32,000 bases of DNA from an uncultured Sporolactobacillaceae bacterium (GTDB lineage Bacteria > Bacillota > Bacilli > Bacillales > Sporolactobacillaceae), in assembly GCA_963772845.1 (NCBI GenBank), contig CAVYYW010000027.1:39086-71085 (forward strand). The letters are read 5' to 3'. This document shows, one piece after another, positions 1 through 7,756 of this stretch (position 1 is the stretch's first letter; each line of letters begins with the position of its first letter). The notes under the pieces were generated by a model. That model was not told the origin of the DNA. It saw only the letters and a program-made list of their open reading frames with translations, and made no database searches. The position numbers and the translations under genes are program-made.

Positions 1-753
1 GGACAAAGCGGAAGGACTCTGATTCAAGATCAGCAGGGACGAGGCCGTCTGCTTCCACGTATACGGCTTTCGTTGAATGCTTTTCGAACAGTTCGCTAAG
101 ATGTCCCTGGGTAACGACTTTTCCGTGGTCGATAATCGCGATATCGTCACATAACGTTTCGACTTCTTCCATATAGTGCGTGGAATAAATAATGGTGACT
201 CCTTCATTTCTCAGATCCTGGATCATTTCAAAAATATGATTGCGTGATTGGGGATCAATGCCGACCGTGGGTTCATCAAGGACCAGCAGCCGTGGTTTAT
301 GAAGCAAGGCAGCAGCGATATTAATACGTCTCTTCATGCCGCCTGAGAAATTCTTTACCGGCTCTCTGGCGCGGTCAACTAGTCCCGTATGCTCGAGAAC
401 TTCCTGAATGCGCTCTTTGAGTTGTTTACCTTTTATGCCGTACATTTCGCCGAAGAAAATTAAATTGTCCATCGCTGTCAATTTCTCATAAAGGAAATGG
501 TTTGTGGCACGTATCCAATTTGTTTTTGAACGTTCTTATCATTCTCTGTCAACGGTTCGCCGAACAGGGTAATGGATCCTTCTTTAAAGGTGTCAATGCC
601 TGTGATCAGGCGCATGGTTGTTGATTTTCCTGCTCCATTTGGACCAAGCAGGCCGAAGCATGATCCGGTGGAAACAGAAAAGGAAACATGATCCAAAGCA
701 AGCTTAGAACCAAACGATTTTTGAAGATCTTTGACTTCAAGAATTGAGTCCAT
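1..753 (-). pseudogene. ABC transporter ATP-binding protein. The C-terminus runs off the window start and the frame is broken by a 1-nt shift near 486-500.
   Basis: ORF 478-753 gives the N-terminus with Walker A GPNGAGKST. A different frame of 1-477 continues LYEKLTAMDNLIFFGEMYG...NFSGGMKRR...LLVLDEPTVGID (signature and Walker B). RBS AAAGGAG lies upstream of the ATG at 753. Confidence 0.85.
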
Positions 754-831
754 AAGGCCACTCCTTTTATTTTTAATCTATTTTCTTAAATAGTGTTTTC
801 GATTCGAAATAATGATATGAAATGTCTATCT

Positions 832-1587
832 TTATAATGAAAGCTTGTGGTCAAGCAGATAGCTGGCCGCCTTGATCATAATAACAGCAATAATCCAGCT
901 CAAAAGAATAGGAATAATGACTGTCAGCGAAAAAGGATACCAATTGTCCTGCCCAACCCCAAAAAGTTTTCCTGCGAGCCCTGTTGAGCCTAAGACAGGG
1001 AAGATTCCCCATATCAGAACCCATAAAAGCGGGAGAATGGGACGCGCCTTTGTTTTAGCAATAACAGCCATCATCGTACCGAACCCTGTAACAAACGGGA
1101 TAAAAGCAATGATCGTGATAAACCATTTCAAACCGGAAAAAGCAAACATCATAAAGTCATGAGACAGGGATAAATGAGCGAGAATGGTGGCATAAAAGCC
1201 CCAAACGATTGCCAGCCCGAAAGCGATTGCTATAACTCGAATCGCTTGAGCCGTACTCCCTGCTGTTTTGGCAAGGACAAGCGTTAATCTGGAATAAGGA
1301 AGGGAAAGCCACCAGCCGGATGTCCCGTTTCGGAATTCCTGACTGACCTGCCGGATGGCAATTCCACATGTTGAGAATAACAAGCCAAAGGAAAAGTACC
1401 AGATATATTGAAGGCTGAGATGATTATTCCAACTTATAATGGCTGTCGTAGCCAAAATAGCGATCAGGATGACAACTGCATAGAATAGCCGCCAGCCTGC
1501 AGACATTTTGCGCCTGCCGGTTTTTCTGCTTCTGCTAAAAGATGACTCATGGCGGATTAACGGCATGAAGACTGACCTTTGCGACAT
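832..1587 (-). CDS. ABC-2-type multi-pass membrane protein, the likely permease partner of the upstream ATPase
   Basis: The ORF is hydrophobic with about 6 predicted TM segments. The start was chosen at the ATG at 1587, preceded by AGGAGGGG. It lies immediately downstream of ATPase gene 1599-2294 in the same operon. Confidence 0.7.
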   Translation of the reverse strand: MSQRSVFMPLIRHESSFSRSRKTGRRKMSAGWRLFYAVVILIAILATTAIISWNNHLSLQYIWYFSFGLLFSTCGIAIRQVSQEFRNGTSGWWLSLPYSRLTLVLAKTAGSTAQAIRVIAIAFGLAIVWGFYATILAHLSLSHDFMMFAFSGLKWFITIIAFIPFVTGFGTMMAVIAKTKARPILPLLWVLIWGIFPVLGSTGLAGKLFGVGQDNWYPFSLTVIIPILLSWIIAVIMIKAASYLLDHKLSL

Positions 1588-1598
1588 AAAATCCCCTC

Positions 1599-2294
1599 CT
1601 ATTTCATTAGTTTTTTGGGCAGACAATGGATTGCTCCGTATGTCTTACGGATTTGATCGCTGTCTTCAGCTAATCTGATTTTGCCGTCTTCAAGATAAAC
1701 GACGTAGTCAAGCAGACCTTCCACCTCATATATTTCATGAGTACTGATTAAAATAGTCTGCTGACGGTCGCTTATATAATCAATCAATCCCTCCACAATT
1801 TTTTCGCGTGAAACAGTGTCTATACCGGAAAACGGTTCATCAAGAATGATGAGGGGGACATCGCGAGCGAGGCACATGATCAGCATCAGACGGGCTTCCT
1901 GTCCGCGTGACATCCCGCTAACATCCATTTCAATATCTATGTTCATTAAAGATAAAAGCCGATCGGCATCTTGGCGTACAAAGCCTGGAAGAAAATTTTC
2001 TCCCCAGACGAAAGCGTCGTTTACTTTGTGATCGGTATACCAGCGCGCTCTGTCGGGAAGATAAGCAATTTTAGCATTTGTATTGTAGCCAGGTTTCTGG
2101 CCAAGAATTTTGATGCTGCCTTCTTCAGGTGAGGAAAGACCTGTCAGCAATCGAAACAAAGTGGATTTGCCTGCCCCGTTTTCTCCGAGGATACCGATCA
2201 CTTTTCCTGAAGGTAGACTGAGATTTAAATGATCGATGGCATATTTATTGCCAAACCGCTTGCTAACGGATTGACATTCTATGATATTTGACAT
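1599..2294 (-). CDS. ABC transporter ATP-binding protein (YtrB-like)
   Basis: Walker A GENGAGKST and Walker B LIILDEP are present. The start at ATG 2294 (MSNIIECQSV) is preceded by GAGGAG at 8-nt spacing. The longer ORF to 2318 overlaps the gntR stop. Confidence 0.9.
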   Translation of the reverse strand: MSNIIECQSVSKRFGNKYAIDHLNLSLPSGKVIGILGENGAGKSTLFRLLTGLSSPEEGSIKILGQKPGYNTNAKIAYLPDRARWYTDHKVNDAFVWGENFLPGFVRQDADRLLSLMNIDIEMDVSGMSRGQEARLMLIMCLARDVPLIILDEPFSGIDTVSREKIVEGLIDYISDRQQTILISTHEIYEVEGLLDYVVYLEDGKIRLAEDSDQIRKTYGAIHCLPKKLMK

Positions 2295-2310
2295 TATTTC
2301 ACTCCTCAAC

Positions 2311-2694
2311 TCAAGCATTTAACTTCCCTAAGCAGGCTTGGATATCCTCCATAGAATAGCCGATGCTTTCCATTTTTTTAATAAAATCGTCAAGGTATTG
2401 CATGGCTAAATCTGTTTTAAACGTCTTAATACTGTGAGGGGATGTGGTGATAAATGTTCCCTGGCCTCTGCGCTTTTCTGTTATTCCGTCTCTTTCAAGC
2501 TCCTGATAGGCCCGCATGACGGTGTTCGGATTGACTTTGAGCACCTGAGCAAGTTCACGGACAGAAGGGATCTTCTCTCCCAAAGCGACTTCTCCTTTCG
2601 CAACGGCACTCCGCACCTGATCCAAAATTTGTTCATACAAGGGCTGACTGAAATCAATCGTAAAATGCATGGTGCCGACGAGATGTTCCTCCAT
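2311..2694 (-). CDS. GntR family transcriptional regulator, YtrA subfamily (short C-terminal domain)
   Basis: The protein is 127 aa with the winged-helix motif IPSVRELAQVLKVNPNTVMRAYQELERDGI. AGGAGG lies 7 nt upstream of the ATG at 2694. It is the first gene of a gntR-ABC operon. Confidence 0.9.
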   Translation of the reverse strand: MEEHLVGTMHFTIDFSQPLYEQILDQVRSAVAKGEVALGEKIPSVRELAQVLKVNPNTVMRAYQELERDGITEKRRGQGTFITTSPHSIKTFKTDLAMQYLDDFIKKMESIGYSMEDIQACLGKLNA

Positions 2695-2733
2695 AAGAAA
2701 ACCTCCTAGTTATGGAGCGCTGTATTAAGTGAT

Positions 2734-2769
2734 TTAAGTGTATTATATCAAGTAATACACTTAAAGCAA
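2734..2769 (-). promoter_or_regulatory. Candidate autoregulatory operator overlapping a sigma-A-type promoter of the gntR-ABC operon
   Basis: A perfect 12-bp inverted repeat TTAAGTGTATTA-N7-TAATACACTTAA spans 2734-2764. On the minus strand, the -10 TATAAT (2742-2747) sits in the spacer and the -35 TTGCTT (2764-2769) is 16 nt away. Confidence 0.6.
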
Positions 2770-2868
2770 TAGGCAGATCGATAAATCTTTTTCTTTTTTA
2801 TAAAGACATGCTATGTTAAAGCTATAAAATGTAAGATTAATACAAATGAAAAACAGGAGGCCATACAT

Positions 2869-3345
2869 ATGTGGGAAGACTTGCTGTATCAAGGATTGGA
2901 CGGCCAATCAGGCCACGTCAAATATGAATCGGCACTGGAAGACTTAAATTATACGCTTGCCGGAAAGCAAACAGACGACTATCCGCATACAATTTTTCAA
3001 ATTTTAAATCACATGATTTTCTGGCAGGACTTTTTGATTGAAGAGTTAAGAGGAGGGAGCCCAAAAGCTCCAGAACATGCAGAAGGCTCGTGGCCAGGTG
3101 AACCTGTGCCTTTTTCGCAGGATGAATGGAATCAGGCGGTCGGGTGCTTTTTGGCAGGATTAAAAGAACTGATGTCGCATTGCGGTAAGAACCTGGATGA
3201 GGAAGGGTTTGGAAGACCTGAACGGACACGTGCAGAAGCTCTGATGATGGCCATGTCTCACAATAGCTACCATATTGGTCAAATCGTGCTGCTTCGTCAG
3301 ATCATCGGTTCATGGCCGCCTCCGTCCGGCGGGGACACCTGGTAA
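2869..3345 (+). CDS. DinB family protein
   Basis: The protein is 158 aa with His-containing DinB-like motifs (HMIFWQDF, SHNSYHIGQIVLLRQ). RBS AGGAGG lies upstream. Confidence 0.75.
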   Translation: MWEDLLYQGLDGQSGHVKYESALEDLNYTLAGKQTDDYPHTIFQILNHMIFWQDFLIEELRGGSPKAPEHAEGSWPGEPVPFSQDEWNQAVGCFLAGLKELMSHCGKNLDEEGFGRPERTRAEALMMAMSHNSYHIGQIVLLRQIIGSWPPPSGGDTW

Positions 3346-3493
3346 CCGGATCGTGGTTTAACAATCCTGTAACGTGTCAAGTTGAGCATTAGACAGGCAT
3401 ATTATTTCAAATTCTGTGGATATCTTTGTTATCGTAAAAGATGAATTAAAAAAATTAAATTAACTTTTGAAGCGAATAGAGGAGGGCGAAAAA

Positions 3494-4322
3494 ATGATCA
3501 GCAGTCTGACAGATCGTGTTGTTTTGAATAATGGTGTTGAAATGCCAAGGTTTGGACTTGGTGTTTATAAAGCAGAGGACGGCGAGGAAGTTAAGGAAGC
3601 GGTCAAAGCCGCTCTTGAAGCAGGATACCGAAGCATAGATACAGCCGCTTTTTATGATAATGAAAGCGGTGTGGGAGCTGCTATTAAGGAATCAGACGTT
3701 CCCCGTGAAGAAATATTTGTAACGACAAAAGTCTGGAATGATCAGCAGGGATACGATGAAACGTTAGCTGCTTTTAAAGAAAGCAAAGAAAAGCTAGGTC
3801 TGGATTACATTGACCTTTACCTGATTCACTGGCCAATCAAAGGGATAATTCACGGACACATGGCGTGCGCTTGAAAAGCTTTATAAAGACGGCGAAGTCA
3901 GAGCGATTGGTGTCAGTAATTTTAAACCGCATCATTTACAGGAACTTATGAAAGAAGCAGAATATGTTCCAGTGCTGAATCAGGTTGAATTTCATCCTCG
4001 TTTGACACAGGAAGAGACCCGTGCTTTTTGTTATGACAATAAAATTCAAATGGAAGCTTGGAGTCCACTGATGCGCGGAGGACTATTTGACAATGAAACG
4101 GTTAAAAATATCGCTGAAAAGCATGGTAAAACACCGGCTCAGGTCATTCTCCGCTGGGACCTTCAGCATGATTTCGTCACCATTCCAAAATCTGTCCATG
4201 CAAAACGGATCAAGGAAAACGCTGACGTGTTTAACTTCGAACTAACACAAAGCGACATGGATCAGATCGACGCCTTGAACAGAGATGAGCGGACAGGTCC
4301 GGATCCTGATGAAATGAGCTGA
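3494..4322 (+). pseudogene. Aldo/keto reductase (YtbE/YvgN-like glyoxal/methylglyoxal reductase type), frame broken near 3838-3851
   Basis: ORF 3467-3874 ends ...LIHWPIKG then goes out of frame. The +1 frame continues [25 protein letters not shown] and joins ORF 3948-4322 (NQVEFHPRLTQ...ILRWDLQH...IPKS). The likely start is ATG 3494 after GAGGAGGG. Confidence 0.85.
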
Positions 4323-4469
4323 AGGTTTATAGATTAACGATTTAAGGGAAATAATAAGCGTCTCTATTTTAGAGACGCTTTTCTTTTCCAAAAAAGGTTT
4401 TCGATAAGCCTCTAGACAAGCTAACAATCCTTTTAGAAACAGCATTTATTAAAAAAACACAAAAAGGAG

Positions 4470-5414
4470 ATGCATACAGTGAGAGCCGTTGTAATTAATG
4501 AATATGGAGACCGCAGCAAATTAAAGATGGCAGAGATAGAAAAACCTAAGCCTGGGAAAGGCCAGGTGCTGATTGAAATGAAAGCCACTTCAATCAATCC
4601 GATTGACTGGAAAGTACGGGAAGGGTATCTGAAGGAACAGCTTTCATTTGAGTTCCCGGCAGTACTTGGCTGGGATGCAGCAGGCATTATTGAGGAAGTC
4701 GGGGAAGGCGTGGAAACCTTTGAACAGGGCGATCGTGTCTTCGTCAGACCTCAGACGACCAACCGTGGAACATACGCTGAGTATATTGTTACAGAAGCAG
4801 ATTTATTAGCTAAAGTACCGAATAACAGTACCTTTAATGAGGCGGCTGCTGTACCGTTGGCAGGTCTTACCGCATGGCAAGCGCTTAATGACTTCGGGAA
4901 AATTAAAGAAGGCGACCGCGTCCTGATTCATGCCGGTGCAGGCGGAGTCGGAAGCATGGCGATCCAGATTGCCAAACGCCAGGGTGCTTTTGTCATTGCC
5001 ACAGGCAGTGAGAAGAGTGAACAGATTATCCGGGACCTTGGAGCTGATCAATTTGTGAATTACAAAAAAGAAACTCTTACAGATGCGGTGAAAGATGTTG
5101 ATTTTGTATTTGATACGATCGGCGGAAAAACGCAGGAAGAAAGCTACAAAGTTATAAAAGAAGGCGGATCTCTCGTTTCAATTACACAGCCGCCAAATGA
5201 AGAAAAGGCAGGGGAGCATGGTGTTAAAGCCGGCTTTCTGTGGCTTGAACCTAATGGTAAACAGCTGGCCATTCTGGCGGATATGATGGGAGAAGGCATC
5301 CTGAAACCCGTCATTGATGAGGTCCTTGCTTTCAGTGAAGAAGGTCTTCAAAAAGCGCACGAATTGAGTGAATCTGGCCGTGCAAAAGGGAAAATTATTA
5401 TTGCCATGCAATAA
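4470..5414 (+). CDS. Zinc-type alcohol dehydrogenase / NADPH:quinone oxidoreductase family (MDR superfamily)
   Basis: The protein is 314 aa with the cofactor motif HAGAGGVGSMAIQIAK and a GroES-like N-terminal domain. GTG at 4479 has better spacing to AAAGGAG than ATG at 4470. Confidence 0.85.
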   Translation: MHTVRAVVINEYGDRSKLKMAEIEKPKPGKGQVLIEMKATSINPIDWKVREGYLKEQLSFEFPAVLGWDAAGIIEEVGEGVETFEQGDRVFVRPQTTNRGTYAEYIVTEADLLAKVPNNSTFNEAAAVPLAGLTAWQALNDFGKIKEGDRVLIHAGAGGVGSMAIQIAKRQGAFVIATGSEKSEQIIRDLGADQFVNYKKETLTDAVKDVDFVFDTIGGKTQEESYKVIKEGGSLVSITQPPNEEKAGEHGVKAGFLWLEPNGKQLAILADMMGEGILKPVIDEVLAFSEEGLQKAHELSESGRAKGKIIIAMQ

Positions 5415-5437
5415 TAAGCTGTGAGTGAGGTGAGACG

Positions 5438-6187
5438 ATGAATTTTAATGGGAAAAACGTTGTTGTGACAGGCGGGGCGTCAGGTATTGGCCTCGGCGTC
5501 TCTAAAGCTTACGCAAACGAAGGAGCACGCGTTTTTATTGCGGATATTAATTCTGAAAAAGCGGCACAGGCTGTAGAAGATATCAAATCAGCAGGTGGCC
5601 TTGCCGTCTCTATTCCCACAGATGTAAGAGACAAAGACGCGGTTGAGGCGCTTTTTTCTAGAGTGGAAGAAGAAGCAGACGGCGTGGATATTTTGATAAA
5701 TAACGCTGGTGTTTCACGGTTTAAGCCGCTTGAAGAATTGACAATCGAAGAATATGATGATGTCTTAAGCATAAATCTGCGCGGGTATTTTATCTGTGCC
5801 AAATTCGCTTCCAGTCTGATGAAGAAGAAAGGCATTCATGGTTCCATTGTGAATATGTCTTCAACTCGGTCAGTGATGTCTGAGCCAGGATCTGAAGCAT
5901 ATGCTTCCTCAAAAGGGGGCATTGCTGGATTAACGCATGCTCTGGCACTTTCTTTGAGTGATTCAAAGATAACAGTGAATGCCATCAGTCCTGGCTGGAT
6001 TGAAACAGGGGATTATGAAGCCCTGAGGGATGTTGATCATGAGCAGCATCCATCCAAGCGCGTTGGAAAGCCTGAGGATATTGCACGGGCCTGTCTGTAT
6101 CTGACAGATGAGCGAAATGATTTCGTGACGGGCGTCGATCTCATGGTGGATGGCGGGATGACCCGAAAGATGATTTACGAACACTGA
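5438..6187 (+). CDS. SDR family oxidoreductase
   Basis: TGGASGIGLG (Rossmann fold), NNAG and the YASSK catalytic motif are present. The protein is 249 aa. Confidence 0.9.
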   Translation: MNFNGKNVVVTGGASGIGLGVSKAYANEGARVFIADINSEKAAQAVEDIKSAGGLAVSIPTDVRDKDAVEALFSRVEEEADGVDILINNAGVSRFKPLEELTIEEYDDVLSINLRGYFICAKFASSLMKKKGIHGSIVNMSSTRSVMSEPGSEAYASSKGGIAGLTHALALSLSDSKITVNAISPGWIETGDYEALRDVDHEQHPSKRVGKPEDIARACLYLTDERNDFVTGVDLMVDGGMTRKMIYEH

Positions 6188-6211
6188 TAATAGGAACAAG
6201 TTATTTTATGT

Positions 6212-6257
6212 AGAGTGTCGACATGTTATCTAATGACGTGTTCGACACTCTTTTTTT
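6212..6257 (+). terminator. Rho-independent terminator of the SDR gene
   Basis: The stem is AGAGTGTCGA (6212-6221) paired with TCGACACTCT (6242-6251), followed by a T7 run. Confidence 0.8.
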
Positions 6258-6417
6258 GCCTTGGTGCCGAGCTATGGAACATTTGCGCTTGCCGCGGGCA
6301 GGCGGTGAACCTCCTGATATGAAGGAAACTGTCATGCCCCCCACTTTAACTCTGTTTTTAGGCAATTCTAAGCAAAAAACCTTTCTTGCTTCTTATTTAA
6401 TCGAGTGTTGATTTTCG

Positions 6418-6785
6418 TCAAAAGGTGAGTTGAGGGAAACCGAGGCGATTAGTGCCCTCCAAGGGTCAAAAAGGTGAGTTGAGGGAACCAACCGAGGCGA
6501 TTAGTGCCCTCCAAGGGTCAAAAAGCTGAAATTGATGGAATCCAAAGAGGCGTTGGAGGACAAAAAAGCGGCCAAAACCGAAATAAGTGGAATCCAACGA
6601 GGCGTTGGAGGACAAAAAAGCGGCAAAATCCGAAAATAGTGGAATCCAAAGAGGAGTTGGAGGACAAAAAAGCGCCCAAAACTGAAAAAGTGGAATCCAA
6701 AGAGGCGTTGGAGGACAAAAAAACGCCCAAAAGCCGAAAAAGTGGAATCAACCGAGGTGTTTGATGCCTGCCAAGCGCCAAAAAG
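6418..6785. repeat. Tandem array of about 7 units with about 52 bp period (units of 44-52 bp)
   Basis: The core unit is AAAAAAGCGSCMAAAASYGAAAWAGTGGAATCCAAMGAGGCGTTGGAGGAC. Unit starts are 6418, 6466, 6518, 6562, 6614, 6666 and 6717. Each unit carries a small hairpin (TCCAA..TTGGA or GAGGG..CCCTC) and an A6-7 tract. Confidence 0.9.
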
Positions 6786-6856
6786 CTACTTAATATCATC
6801 GTTAATGGCTTTTGATCATTTTGTTGTTCGTAACATTTTTTTTGAAAAGATTAAAA

Positions 6857-6899
6857 AAACCGCCCTGTTTAGCTGTAAAAGAGCTAAATGGGGCGGTTT
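6857..6899 (-). terminator. Strong hairpin that reads as a Rho-independent terminator on the minus strand, with no gene immediately upstream
   Basis: AAACCGCCC..TTTAGCT..AGCTAAA..GGGCGGTTT forms 9+7 bp of stem. On the minus strand it is followed by T7 (plus-strand A-run 6853-6859). Confidence 0.7.
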
Positions 6900-6953
6900 C
6901 GCTTTTAGTTTCTCCAGCTTCTGCTCTTAAGAAAGCTTCTCTTTGAAAACTTT

Positions 6954-7061
6954 GGCTCCATCAGGGCTACCCCGGCAAGCTTCACTTTTCATTGTCTAGC
7001 TATGCCGCACAGCTCCTCGGGGTCACTTCGAAAGCCCTTCAAAAATGAAAGAGCCATTTTT
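6954..7061. repeat. 108-bp direct repeat, copy 1
   Basis: It is identical base-for-base by eye to 7649-7756. A diverged third copy is at 24492-24600. Confidence 0.9.
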
Positions 7062-7221
7062 CGCCCAAATTGTCTAGCTGCGGTTGCCATTCCTTCGGAT
7101 CCTTCAATTTCCCTTCAGAGGAAAAGAGCTCCTCTTTGGAAAACCTCCAGGCTCTTTCAGGACTAATCGGGCAACCTCGCTTTTCGCTACTCCAGTCTCT
7201 GGGAAAGAAATCTGCGACCAT

Positions 7222-7529
7222 GTGCTCCTGCGTCTGCTAGACATGCTTCGAAGCGGGATTCCTCGTCGCAATTCGCAGTCGTTCGAGAGGTGATGCTTGT
7301 GCTCCTGCGTCTGCTAGACATGCTTCGAAGCGGGATTCCTCGTCGCAATTCGCAGTCGTTCGAGAGGTGATGCTTGTGCTCCTGCGTCTGCTAGACATGC
7401 TTCGAAGCGGGATTCCTCGTCGCAATTCGCAGTCGTTCGAGAGGTGATGCTTGTGCTCCTGCGTCTGCTAGACATGCTTCGAAGCGGGATTCCTCGTCGC
7501 AACTCGTAGTCGTTCGAGATGTGATGCTC
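7222..7529. repeat. Tandem array of 4 x 77 bp
   Basis: Units 7222-7298, 7299-7375 and 7376-7452 are identical. Unit 7453-7529 differs at 4 positions and matches the single copies at 26522-26598 and 24640-24724 (the latter with indels). Confidence 0.95.
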
Positions 7530-7648
7530 GTGCCTGTCGGAGCTGACATGTGCGGCTCCGCTTTTCTTTGTCTAGTTCCGCTTGCCAGCCCTTCGGTTCC
7601 TTCAACTTTCTTCGGTGGACAAAAAGCGTCCCCCTCAGAAAGTCTCCA

Positions 7649-7756
7649 GGCTCCATCAGGGCTACCCCGGCAAGCTTCACTTTTCATTGTCTAGCTATGC
7701 CGCACAGCTCCTCGGGGTCACTTCGAAAGCCCTTCAAAAATGAAAGAGCCATTTTT
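7649..7756. repeat. 108-bp direct repeat, copy 2
   Basis: It is identical to 6954-7061, at an offset of 695 bp. Confidence 0.9.

Noticed and set aside
6418-6785. Possible CRISPR array (regular ~52-bp period)
   Set aside because: The variable parts are only ~10-16 nt and are similar to one another. The whole unit is conserved rather than showing repeat-plus-unique-spacer structure. There are no cas genes or leader in the window.
7222-7529. A 77-nt unit size suggesting tRNA-like or tRNA-derived elements
   Set aside because: I could not draw a cloverleaf. There is no T-loop flanked by complementary 5-bp arms, no acceptor-stem pairing of the unit ends, and no CCA context.
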